Source: a virus. Taken from it: a stretch of 64,000 nt of DNA. A model generated the notes under the pieces. It ran no database searches. It saw only the letters and a program-made list of their open reading frames with translations, and was not told the DNA's origin. Position 1 is the stretch's first letter. Each line of letters opens with the position of its first letter. The stretch is from IMG/VR virus record IMGVR_UViG_3300046169_000120, positions 32,001 through 96,000 of that record, one strand, 5' to 3'. The position numbers were made by a program, and so were the translations under genes. This document shows, piece after piece, positions 39,912-48,379 of this stretch.

Positions 39912-40052
39912 ATAATGTGAATTTCATATTGAAAAAAGGCACCCCCCGCCGCTATTGTACAATTCGATCGAAAAATTAATCCATTTAATGGGTAGGGTCA
40001 CCATGGGGGAGGGGGTAGCCGTAAAGTTTTTTTACTTTTTTTCTCTTAGGGG

Positions 40053-40080
40053 TTGACTTTTGTTTGTCTCATGTCATACT
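40053..40080 (+). promoter_or_regulatory. First early sigma70-type promoter
   Basis: TTGACT-N16-CATACT with TGn extended -10. Confidence 0.7.
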
Positions 40081-40846
40081 CTTCATCATAGACAATAACA
40101 AATAATAACACACAAAATATCATGTTCTTAGAAATACTATTCATCATAAACTTCAGCTTCGTATTCTTTCTTGCTTACAAATGCATGACATCAAAGAGCA
40201 TTGATCTTTTTGAGGATGTATCGAAAAAAAACTAAAATAAAGTTTGACTTTTACGAAAAAATTCAGTAAATTAAGTACATGATTAAGAATAAAAGATACG
40301 CAGTTTCCTTCGAAGTTTTAACCTATCGCAGACGGAGATCTTCACTCAAACAAACAAGAGTTTACCACCATGACAGGTGAAGTGAATAAAAAAACAATTG
40401 CTTCTCATGCTTGGCATCTCATCAAAGAAGGAACAAAGAAGTTTTTGAACCTGCTTGCGGTTCTGCAATTGATGGCGAGTATGTCACACTTGAACGCAAG
40501 CTTGGCAACATCTTGAACATAAATGAATTGCCTGAGCCAACAGGCGAAATGAATTACGATCACGCTTACGCTGATTGCGAAAAATGGAACTATAATTGAT
40601 ATGACAACTGAAATAAATAACTTTCCCGAACTAGATCTTAGCCTCGCACTTAAGCAAGGCAGAAGGAAACCTAAAGTTTCTTGCACAGGCTGAACTTGCA
40701 ACCTTCACGCAAGGCGAGTCAGTACTTGAAGCATTGCACGCAGTACAACAAGCACGCAAGCATTGGGCAGAAGTAATAACAAAACAAAAAGAAGAAGGCG
40801 CGAAAAGGTTTGACTTACTACGCTAAACCTTTAGACTAAATACATC

Positions 40847-41146
40847 ATGAGAAAAGTAACACAACAAATTAAACAAGCATTCGAACAACGCCAAGCCAAG
40901 TCGGTTGGCAACACCATGACAGACGGCAACGCTGTTTGGTTGCATGGCAATAAGATAGTGCAACGCACTGAGGACGGGCTTGTGCTTGGTAGCCTCGCAG
41001 GTTGGAACACGCCAACCACGAGAGAAAGAGTCAATGGAATAACAGGATTGGGCTTTCATCAGAAGAACTTCGAACCTATGCTAAACGGCAACATAGTTGA
41101 CCCATCCGATTGGTTCGCAGTCGAGCAAGGTCCCGCGTTCGGGTAA
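40847..41146 (+). CDS. Hypothetical early protein
   Basis: 99 aa, LHGNKI and GWNT.TT.ER.N motifs; TTGACT..TAGACT promoter directly upstream. Confidence 0.75.
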   Translation: MRKVTQQIKQAFEQRQAKSVGNTMTDGNAVWLHGNKIVQRTEDGLVLGSLAGWNTPTTRERVNGITGLGFHQKNFEPMLNGNIVDPSDWFAVEQGPAFG

Positions 41147-41151
41147 TGGCG

Positions 41152-41228
41152 TAAAGCCCTAAGCATCAACAACTTAGGGTAAACCGCCTACGAGAGTTTT
41201 GCGTAACTCGTTGGTATACAACAACTTA
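41152..41228. repeat. 77-bp element, copy 1 (extra 25-bp palindrome at 41283-41307)
   Basis: TAAAGCCCTA-N5-CAACAACTTA, 27-bp core with CCTACG, TAACTCGTTG-N5-CAACAACTTA. Confidence 0.9.
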
Positions 41229-41403
41229 CAACAAACCTAAAATCTTTCTTAAAATAAAACAACTTTTTTTTGCGTGTTTACATAAGTGCATGATAATCAA
41301 TAGTTTATGACACAAAGTTTTTTTGCTATCGGCTTGACTTGGGGGCGTTTTGGTAGTACTTTGTATATATAAGATTAAGTAAGACAATTAACCAAAAATC
41401 AAA

Positions 41404-41652
41404 ATGAAATTATCACAAAACCAAATAAACTCCCTCTTTTCAATACTTGCCGACGCTGATGAAGGTTGCAACGATCGTGCTTGCGACAACTTGGCAGAAG
41501 CCTTTGGTGGTGAGCTTGGACTTGGTGAAGTACTTTCAGTTCCTTCTGAGTTGTCATCCGAACAAGTTGTTTCTGAGATACAAGATCCTCAGTTATGGTG
41601 GGAATCGGGTTGCGTCGAAGCTTGTGAAGAAATACTTGAACTCGTAAGATAA
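41404..41652 (+). CDS. Hypothetical acidic early protein
   Basis: 82-aa ORF after a TTGACT promoter. Confidence 0.65.
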   Translation: MKLSQNQINSLFSILADADEGCNDRACDNLAEAFGGELGLGEVLSVPSELSSEQVVSEIQDPQLWWESGCVEACEEILELVR

Positions 41653-41689
41653 AGCTTGTACTTTTAATCTTTAACCCTATAATAAAATT

Positions 41690-41866
41690 ATGAATAAAAT
41701 TGAAGTTAGAATAAAAAAATGGTCAACCTATTGGTCTGTCAAGATCTTTGATACAGGAACTGAATATCCTAGAGTTAGAACTGCATCTAGTCTTGCGTAT
41801 CTTAATGCAATAATAAAAGATGAAAAGTTAAATTCTCCTCGCTTTAATGTTGTCAATCAGCATTGA
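41690..41866 (+). CDS. Hypothetical 58-aa early protein
   Basis: MNKIEVRIKKWSTYW..., ATG just after TATAAT. Confidence 0.6.
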   Translation: MNKIEVRIKKWSTYWSVKIFDTGTEYPRVRTASSLAYLNAIIKDEKLNSPRFNVVNQH

Positions 41867-41873
41867 TCCTAGC

Positions 41874-41948
41874 GGGCTAATAGCTCAGCGGTAGAGCACC
41901 GCGTTGATAACGCGGCGGTCGGTGGTTCGAATCCACCTTAGCCCACCA
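41874..41948 (+). tRNA. tRNA-Ile(GAU)
   Basis: GGGCTAA/TTAGCCC acceptor, CCGCG-TTGATAA-CGCGG anticodon arm, GGTTCGAATCC, encoded CCA. Confidence 0.95.
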
Positions 41949-41964
41949 CTTTAAAAAGATTGCA

Positions 41965-42041
41965 TAAGTTGTTGCATACCAGCAACTTGCGCAAAAAATC
42001 CTAGGGCCGGTTTGCGTAAGTCGTTGACAGTCAACGCTTTA
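41965..42041. repeat. 77-bp element, copy 2 (extra palindrome at 42096-42120)
   Basis: TAAGTTGTTG-N5-CAGCAACTTG, core with CCTAGG, TAAGTCGTTG-N5-CAACGCTTTA. Confidence 0.9.
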
Positions 42042-42181
42042 CAACAAAACAAATTATAATCGCAAATAAATTAAAGTTTTTTTCGCGGCTTTATGTAAGT
42101 GTTTGATTGATAGTTGTTTATGATAGTGAGATAATTGCAAATAAGTTTGACTTTGGCTAAAAAATAAACGATAGTAATAGT

Positions 42182-42340
42182 ATGACAGAAGAACTAGAAG
42201 AATTCATGACAGAAGAACTCGGCATCATTGATCGCCTCGGAACTGATCCTCTCGAAGGATTAGACCTTTTTGAGGATGTTGGCGGTAACATTTGGACTCT
42301 TGACCAAGTGCTAAAAGAGTTTAACGATAGCAAAAAATAA
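42182..42340 (+). CDS. Hypothetical 52-aa acidic protein
   Basis: MTEELEEFMTEELG..., directly after a TTGACT promoter. Confidence 0.6.
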   Translation: MTEELEEFMTEELGIIDRLGTDPLEGLDLFEDVGGNIWTLDQVLKEFNDSKK

Positions 42341-42387
42341 TTCGCTTTTTTCTTGCGTAAAATTAGGTTTAGTAGTAGTTTAGTAGT

Positions 42388-42558
42388 ATGGAAACAAGAT
42401 TAGAAAAGATCACAAGAATAATGAGTAAAGCTCGCCAACAAAAACGCCAAGTGTGGATTCTCGATGCACTCATCGCCATTTGGGATGCCGAAGCACTAAA
42501 AGGTTTCTGCGAGCAAGAAGATTACGACTACGGCTTTCATGCACAATTTGATCAATAA
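42388..42558 (+). CDS. 56-aa protein, paralog of 42861-43004
   Basis: RL.KIT..MSKAR...RQ.WIL..L..IWDAEA shared. Confidence 0.8.
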   Translation: METRLEKITRIMSKARQQKRQVWILDALIAIWDAEALKGFCEQEDYDYGFHAQFDQ

Positions 42559-42559
42559 G

Positions 42560-42715
42560 ATGATAAATGTATACAAAAACCCTAACTTTGACAATTGGTA
42601 CAATGTTGTACTAAACGGCAAAATAATTGACAATGCCCGCCACTATGCCAAGGCAATGGAATTGGCTAAGAAAATAAGCGTAAAACGTAAAGTTCCAATA
42701 CTTTCCTCTAAATAG
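42560..42715 (+). CDS. Hypothetical 51-aa protein
   Basis: MINVYKNPNFDNWYNVV...; stop codon lies inside element copy 3. Confidence 0.6.
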   Translation: MINVYKNPNFDNWYNVVLNGKIIDNARHYAKAMELAKKISVKRKVPILSSK

Positions 42716-42785
42716 CTGAACATCAACGACTTAGGGCAAACGGCCCAAGCGAGTTTTGCGTAACTCGTTAAATAACAACGCTTTA
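42709..42785. repeat. 77-bp element, copy 3
   Basis: TAAATAGCTG-N5-CAACGACTTA, core with CCCAAG, TAACTCGTTA-N5-CAACGCTTTA. Confidence 0.9.
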
Positions 42786-42860
42786 CAACAAAGTGAAAAT
42801 AATTTCACTTTTTTTTGCGTTAGGCTTGACACGATCCCGTTTTGGGTATAGGTTATACTT

Positions 42861-43004
42861 ATGAACGACAAACAAGAAAGACTACAAAAAATCACCGCAA
42901 CAATGAGTAAAGCTCGCCTCGAAAATCGTCAACATTGGATCTTACTTTTACTGTCAGAAATTTGGGATGCCGAAGCAATAAGAATTTGCAAAAATAATGC
43001 TTGA
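42861..43004 (+). CDS. 47-aa protein, paralog of 42388-42558
   Basis: MNDKQERLQKITATMSKARLENRQHWILLLLSEIWDAEA. Confidence 0.8.
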   Translation: MNDKQERLQKITATMSKARLENRQHWILLLLSEIWDAEAIRICKNNA

Positions 43005-43062
43005 CTTTTAATCACACTAATATATTCTTAAAATTATAAATTACTAAAACAAAGGACACAAA

Positions 43063-43677
43063 ATGAAAATTGCACAAAACAGAATGAACGAAATCGCTAA
43101 ATACTCAAGAAATTTAAATGCTCATAATAAAGGTGGACATGGCAAGTTTTTGGAAATGTTTCTTGCAGATCACTACAACTTCCCTCAATACGATCAATAT
43201 AAATCAAAAGTAGACTTTCCAAAAGAAATAGTAGAGCAAGGAAATGTACCCTCTGAATGGGTAGCGGATTGGGAAGTAAAATACTACAACATCAAATCCT
43301 CCGTGATAATCCTTGGTGATCTCGAAAGAAAAATGAAATGCTTAAAAAATGGACTTGTCATTGTAATTGGCTTTTATGATGGAACACCCGATAATCTTGT
43401 TGATATAAAATTCATTAAAGTTAAAGCTGACACATCTTTACTGAAAAACTACAATACTTGGAAAGAAGTTTCCCGCTTTGTTAAAAACAGGAATAATTCG
43501 ATTGAGTCGACTCGTGAAAAAGTAAAGCAAGTAAACTCAAACACTCGAAGTGAATTCTTTGTCAACAATCTCTCTCGCAAGTCAAGGTGGAGCAACTCGC
43601 AAGGAAAAATGCTTGGTGAAGCTCGTCAAGTTGCACTCTGTATCTCGACAAAAAATTTAAAAAGCCTCTCAATTTAA
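43063..43677 (+). CDS. Putative PD-(D/E)xK nuclease (restriction-endonuclease-like)
   Basis: HGKFLE...KVDFP...WEVKY......I.LGD ordering of E, D and ExK. Confidence 0.5.
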   Translation: MKIAQNRMNEIAKYSRNLNAHNKGGHGKFLEMFLADHYNFPQYDQYKSKVDFPKEIVEQGNVPSEWVADWEVKYYNIKSSVIILGDLERKMKCLKNGLVIVIGFYDGTPDNLVDIKFIKVKADTSLLKNYNTWKEVSRFVKNRNNSIESTREKVKQVNSNTRSEFFVNNLSRKSRWSNSQGKMLGEARQVALCISTKNLKSLSI

Positions 43678-43712
43678 GCTTTACAAACATCAAGAAATAC
43701 TTAATAATAATT

Positions 43713-43874
43713 ATGAAAACATGGACAAAAGATCAAGTGCTAGAATTCTTCGACTCTCATTGGGAAACAACTATGGCAGAAATATCTCTGCTCTCGGGTT
43801 GGTCAACCTCAGATTTAAAATCGGTTCTCATGGAATGGGTAAGTCATGAATTGAGTCCCGACCTAAACCCTTAA
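43713..43874 (+). CDS. Hypothetical 53-aa HTH-like protein
   Basis: TMAEISLLSGWSTSDLKSVL; stop codon inside element copy 4. Confidence 0.55.
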   Translation: MKTWTKDQVLEFFDSHWETTMAEISLLSGWSTSDLKSVLMEWVSHELSPDLNP

Positions 43875-43940
43875 ACATCAACAACTTAGGGCAAACAGCC
43901 CAGGCGCGTTTTGCGCAACTCGTTGGTATACAGCGACTTA
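43864..43940. repeat. 77-bp element, copy 4
   Basis: TAAACCCTTA-N5-CAACAACTTA, core with CCCAGG, CAACTCGTTG-N5-CAGCGACTTA. Confidence 0.9.
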
Positions 43941-44007
43941 CAACAAAAACTTAAAATAATTGCAAAAAAAAATTGACAAAGTTAGTTTTCTTTGATAGGT
44001 TGTTTAT

Positions 44008-44283
44008 ATGATTAAGAATAAAACATTCACTGCAAACATTAATGTCTGTTCTATTGATAGCAAGGAAAAACTTCCTTTATGGAACACAAACACAAATTCC
44101 TTTGTTGATACACACACGACAAACAACATTCTTTCTGTTGAAGCTGAAGACAAGCACGAAGCTAGACGCAAGTTTTTTGCTATGGTTCGAAAGTTGCAAA
44201 CAAAAGTTCAACTTCAAAGGGGAATGTTTCCAAAAGAAGGAGACCAAGCCGTTTTTTACATTAACCAAATATGGGAAAAATAA
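44008..44283 (+). CDS. Hypothetical early protein
   Basis: 91 aa; ATG 6 nt after TTGACA-N17-TAGGTT. Confidence 0.7.
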   Translation: MIKNKTFTANINVCSIDSKEKLPLWNTNTNSFVDTHTTNNILSVEAEDKHEARRKFFAMVRKLQTKVQLQRGMFPKEGDQAVFYINQIWEK

Positions 44284-44329
44284 TTCACTTTTTTCTTGCG
44301 TTAAACTAAAAATAGGATTAAATTAAGAT

Positions 44330-44497
44330 ATGATTAAGATTAAAGATGTAGTAGTAGATTACAAACGCAGAATCCTCCAAGTTGAGGGTTTCCAAAAAGA
44401 TGGAGCTGAAACTTTTGTTTTGGCAAGAATTTATCGCTCGCAAAAGCGTGTTGCCGTTCCTCTTTCATCAGTAAAAAAACACCCATTCTTTGCATAA
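44330..44497 (+). CDS. Hypothetical 55-aa protein
   Basis: MIKIKDVVVDYKRRILQV...; ATGATTAAG start. Confidence 0.6.
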   Translation: MIKIKDVVVDYKRRILQVEGFQKDGAETFVLARIYRSQKRVAVPLSSVKKHPFFA

Positions 44498-44723
44498 AAA
44501 AGCTTGCAAAGCTTAACCTTTTACCTTACTCTCTCATTATGGACAAAGAACAACAACTAAAAGAACTAATTGAAATTCATACGCCAATCGCAGATGCGGG
44601 AGTCGCAAGTGCAAAAATTCTTGTAATAAATGCACAAATTGAGCTTGACGAAATACAAGAAATTCGTCAGAATCAAATGACATTAACCTTGACAAACTAA
44701 ACAAAATAAACATAATTAACAAC

Positions 44724-45023
44724 ATGACTGAATCACAAAGACTAGAAATCATTCGTCAAATGGCGAGCAACAATAACGCTACAGAAATCTCTCCTGTTTT
44801 CAAATCGTTCGTGGAAGATCTTCGAGCAGACATTCTTGCAGAAGAATTGATTGTTGAACATGGCTTGCTCAAAGCAACCGACAGAGATGTTGAGGACGAA
44901 GTCTCACACCTTGCAAGTAAAGAAGATCGTTCGGACGAAGAAGATGACTTCGACAATGACGAAAATCTTCATGACATGGAAGCGGTCAGTCCAACCATGA
45001 AAGCAATCTTCGAGCAAGATTAA
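44724..45023 (+). CDS. Hypothetical acidic protein
   Basis: 99 aa; TTGACA-N16-CATAAT directly upstream. Confidence 0.7.
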   Translation: MTESQRLEIIRQMASNNNATEISPVFKSFVEDLRADILAEELIVEHGLLKATDRDVEDEVSHLASKEDRSDEEDDFDNDENLHDMEAVSPTMKAIFEQD

Positions 45024-45060
45024 GCTTTACTTTTCAACCAAAAATTGCTAAAATAGTATC

Positions 45061-45252
45061 ATGCAAATAAAAAGTAAAATACAAGTTCTCGCAGAAAATC
45101 TGCGAAAAGTAACTCAACAAAAGTTTGTGGCGATTCGCAAGGGTGATCACGAACAAGCACATAATCTGCACGGAATGCAAATAGAGCTTGACTTACAACT
45201 TCATCTGCTTGAGTCGAAGCTTCAAAAAAATAATCCTTGCCTTGTTTGTTAG
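45061..45252 (+). CDS. Hypothetical helical-hairpin protein
   Basis: 63 aa, ATG just after TAAAAT. Confidence 0.55.
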   Translation: MQIKSKIQVLAENLRKVTQQKFVAIRKGDHEQAHNLHGMQIELDLQLHLLESKLQKNNPCLVC

Positions 45253-45338
45253 TGGATATCACAACAATTTTAATCATTAGTTCAATAGTTGGCATCATCC
45301 GTATGATTCACGACCACTTCGGAAGCGGGGCGTGGTAG
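45252..45338 (+). CDS. 28-aa membrane peptide, paralog of 51730-51807
   Basis: MDITTILIISSIVGIIRMIHDHFGSGAW (GTG start). Confidence 0.75.
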   Translation: MDITTILIISSIVGIIRMIHDHFGSGAW

Positions 45339-45394
45339 GTTAATGTTTTGGGGGAATAGGTCACTCGCTGAGTATCGGAGTTTGACCTTTCTCC

Positions 45395-45471
45395 CATCTC
45401 ATTGATAATCAACGACTTACAGAAAATCGCCTAGGTGACTTTTGCGTAACTCGTTGATATTCAGTTGTTTA
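45395..45471. repeat. 77-bp element, copy 5 (at the convergence of transcription)
   Basis: CATCTCATTG-N5-CAACGACTTA, core with CCTAGG, TAACTCGTTG-N5-CAGTTGTTTA. Confidence 0.9.
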
Positions 45472-45746
45472 CATAACTTTTTGTGTTGGGCCCGCTTTGG
45501 TGCATTTGTGCATTTAATATAAATATATATCGGCGGTTCTATTTCTATTTGCTATTTTTGTATTTGCTATTTACTATTTATGTATTTAGCTTTGCAACTC
45601 TATTTACCAACGCAATTGTATAAGGTGAATGATCCACGGCTCTATTTAGGTTTGATTCGAGATTACGAATTGCGTTGACGATATAGTCGAGAGTACCCAC
45701 GATGCCCGCAGGTTCTCCGTTTTTTAGGATTTGATAACTTTTCATT

Positions 45747-46109
45747 TTAGTATTTTGCTTGTTCTTGTATGTTGTCTTGTCTAATGTCTACAAGTAATTT
45801 TTCGTGCAGTATGCCATCAAGATCAAATTGCTTTATCAACTTTGATATCTGTAATGGTGATTGATGGGCGAGTACATCATCATGCTTGCCCAATGGAACA
45901 AAGTCTCCACGCTGATTGAACACCGCAACTTCGTAAGTGTTTGGATGATCTCCATAAAAGAAATCTCCACCTTCAGTATTCGCAACAACGCTGAAAGCGT
46001 AACCATTGTCAAGAGTTAAGCTTGCTTGAACGCCCAAATCTTGGAGGCTTGCGTGAGGAGTGAATGTTAAGTCATCAAAGGTCTTCATGGTAGATGTAGA
46101 TTGGTTCAT
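45747..46109 (-). CDS. Hypothetical phage protein
   Basis: NGY..SVV......YG.....YEVAV...DDV motif pattern. Confidence 0.7.
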   Translation of the reverse strand: MNQSTSTMKTFDDLTFTPHASLQDLGVQASLTLDNGYAFSVVANTEGGDFFYGDHPNTYEVAVFNQRGDFVPLGKHDDVLAHQSPLQISKLIKQFDLDGILHEKLLVDIRQDNIQEQAKY

Positions 46110-46264
46110 TGTTATAGTTTAGTTGATTATGACGAACAAATGTGTTGTTGTCAATGTTTTTTTTCATGGTTGCTTCGCCAATAAAGAAATCAGTTTTATC
46201 TGTTTTGTCTTCTGAGCGAATCGCAATAACGCATCCATCGTTGCTTTTAGTTATGAGATACTTT

Positions 46265-46510
46265 TTAGTTGCGGTAATAGCTTGCATTTGTTTTGTTTTC
46301 GTATAGTGTTTCGTATGAGTGTGCTTTGTTGGCGATTGCTTTTAATGCTCCACCAACTACATTTAACATGGAAAACGCATCTTCGTCAAGCAAATTGTTT
46401 TCTTGCATTGGTTCGATGAGGTTGTCGTGAATGAATGCCATTGCCAATTCGTTTGCTTCGAGAGCATCCAAGTCTTGGACTTGCAAGTGGTGTGGATCGT
46501 TAAGACGCAT
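46265..46510 (-). CDS. Hypothetical protein
   Basis: 81 aa with AAGGAG SD. Confidence 0.65.
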   Translation of the reverse strand: MRLNDPHHLQVQDLDALEANELAMAFIHDNLIEPMQENNLLDEDAFSMLNVVGGALKAIANKAHSYETLYENKTNASYYRN

Positions 46511-46613
46511 GAGCTAGTATCTCCTTGTGTTTGAGTTTTCGGTGAATCACTTTTGTCTTGAGCTTGTGCGGTCGAGACTTGGTGAAGAGAATGTTTTTTC
46601 TTATCTTAATCAT
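46500..46613 (-). CDS. 37-aa highly basic peptide
   Basis: MIKIRKNILFTKSRPHKLKTKVIHRKLKHKEILAHAS, 6 nt after TTGACT-N16-CATAAT (46620-46647). Confidence 0.65.
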   Translation of the reverse strand: MIKIRKNILFTKSRPHKLKTKVIHRKLKHKEILAHAS

Positions 46614-46678
46614 GGTTTAATTATGGCAGACTATCTCGCAGAGTCAATAAAAAAATCAATAAAATTAAAAAAAAGTTA

Positions 46679-46755
46679 TAAGTCCCGCCGCATCAACGAC
46701 TTGCGCGAAATCGCCCAGGGCAGCTTTGCGTAACTGCCTGAAACTCAACGGGTTA
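46679..46755. repeat. 77-bp element, copy 6
   Basis: TAAGTCCCGC-N5-CAACGACTTG, core with CCCAGG, TAACTGCCTG-N5-CAACGGGTTA. Confidence 0.88.
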
Positions 46756-46926
46756 GTAGCCTAACCAATCGAGAACCTTCTGAGCTGAATACTCGACAAG
46801 GTCGCCAACCTCATCAAAAAATTCTTGCTTTCCCTGTTCGTCAATGCCGTGATCGTCAAGTTCTTGCATCGCTCGTGCATAACTAATAGTCATTGCTTCC
46901 GCTGATTCGTAATAAGTATCTGTCAT
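46753..46926 (-). CDS. Hypothetical 57-aa acidic protein
   Basis: MTDTYYESAEAMTIS...VLDWLGY; its TAA is the last 3 bp of element copy 6. Confidence 0.7.
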   Translation of the reverse strand: MTDTYYESAEAMTISYARAMQELDDHGIDEQGKQEFFDEVGDLVEYSAQKVLDWLGY

Positions 46927-47156
46927 AGCCTTAACCTTGAGTTAATAATTGCAAGAATTGATCGTAAACCTTTTGCTTGCTACCTTTTAGGTTGAATTCT
47001 TTTTTTATGATTGAATAGCAACTTGCTCCGCTACTCATCTTTAGTCCTCTGAGTTCAAGTCTAAGACCTCTGAGCAATGTCTTAAATCTGAACGCTTCAA
47101 TTTGTGTTGGTGTGTTTAATGTCATGATGTAATAATAGTTGAGTTGAGTTGAGTTG

Positions 47157-47885
47157 TCAAGAGTCAACCCCCTCTTTCACAAATCCTGTTGTATCTTTCT
47201 TTGCCATACCTTTCTCGATAAGACCAACAACAACACCTTGCTTGTCAAGAAACCGCAAATCATTTTCATCACCATTGACAACTTCGTAACCTTTCCAAGT
47301 CTTCGGGAGTTGATTGCGAAACACTACGGCAACATTGCCACCCATACCCAAAACCATTTCGCCAAGTTTTTGATTGGTTTCGGAAAGTGAAAAAGTCAAG
47401 TGGTAGTTACTTGGAAACTCTTTATCCTTACTGAGATACTGAGACATACGCTTGAACGACTTGGTATAATCATAAAATTGAGTTGACGGAAACTTGTCGA
47501 AGATTGTTTTAGGTTGCTCTTCGTTAAGGAATACAGATTCCCAAGCAATGTCACTTGTAAGATTGAGACGGAAAACGGATTGCATACCTTTTTTGGTTGC
47601 GGTCTTAATCGAACTAGAAATTTCTTTTGATAACTTGAAAAGGAAATCAATTTGCTTGTCGAAGAATAACTTTGTCTTTGCAATACGAGATGCTTGAACA
47701 GAATTCATTTGCCCACGCCCCGCTGTGTTGAGGCAACTTGCTGTACAACCTTTGCTTCGCCATTGGCAAACTTCAAAGCCCGAAAGATTTGCGGGAGCAA
47801 AGTGAATTCCCTTAGTAATGTAACCGAGCTTTTCACCCTTTTCAATTTTTTGGTTACCTGCGGTGAGTAGTGTTGTCTTAATCAT
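47157..47885 (-). CDS. GP88-family (radical-SAM-related) protein
   Basis: Cx6Cx3C, RLN.TSDI, FYDYTK, NYHLTFS, GDENDLRFLD; ATG 47885 after promoter 47893-47920. Confidence 0.8.
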   Translation of the reverse strand: MIKTTLLTAGNQKIEKGEKLGYITKGIHFAPANLSGFEVCQWRSKGCTASCLNTAGRGQMNSVQASRIAKTKLFFDKQIDFLFKLSKEISSSIKTATKKGMQSVFRLNLTSDIAWESVFLNEEQPKTIFDKFPSTQFYDYTKSFKRMSQYLSKDKEFPSNYHLTFSLSETNQKLGEMVLGMGGNVAVVFRNQLPKTWKGYEVVNGDENDLRFLDKQGVVVGLIEKGMAKKDTTGFVKEGVDS

Positions 47886-47958
47886 GTATCCAATTATGAC
47901 AGATAAACTACCCAAGTCAACCCCTAAAATGCAGAAAAGTAAAAAAAGTTTTGTTGTG

Positions 47959-48035
47959 TATCTTGCTGTGACTCAACGACTTGCGCGAAATCACCTAGGC
48001 CCGTTTTCCCTAACTACCTGGCCTTCAACAACTTA
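47959..48035. repeat. 77-bp element, copy 7
   Basis: TATCTTGCTG-N5-CAACGACTTG, core with CCTAGG, TAACTACCTG-N5-CAACAACTTA. Confidence 0.88.
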
Positions 48036-48056
48036 CAGAATATCATTTGCAGACAC

Positions 48057-48081
48057 AAAAAAGCCCCCCAAATGGGGGGCT
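48057..48081 (-). terminator. Intrinsic terminator
   Basis: AGCCCCCC..GGGGGGCT stem plus U-run on the minus strand. Confidence 0.85.
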
Positions 48082-48106
48082 AGTTGGTAACCCTAAACCA
48101 ACTTGA

Positions 48107-48337
48107 TCAACTCACCGACCTTTTAAAAGTTTTGTCGGCACAAGTTGCACGAAGGATGTGCCTCCGAGCTACTCTACGATTTGAGCCATTCATGTCCGAG
48201 AACATAACATGGCGAGAGGTAACGCTATTGATTTTAGCGGAGAACGCTTTGCGTTGCTCACCTTTTTTGACAAGAAGGGAAACGAAACGACCCTTGAGAC
48301 TTTCAACTACATTTTGGAGTTTTGGTTGCTTTTTCAT
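48107..48337 (-). CDS. Hypothetical basic protein
   Basis: 76-aa ORF ending before the terminator. Confidence 0.65.
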   Translation of the reverse strand: MKKQPKLQNVVESLKGRFVSLLVKKGEQRKAFSAKINSVTSRHVMFSDMNGSNRRVARRHILRATCADKTFKRSVS

Positions 48338-48379
48338 AATTTTAATTTTGTTTTAGGTTTGTGTTATGGTTTGTTGTGA

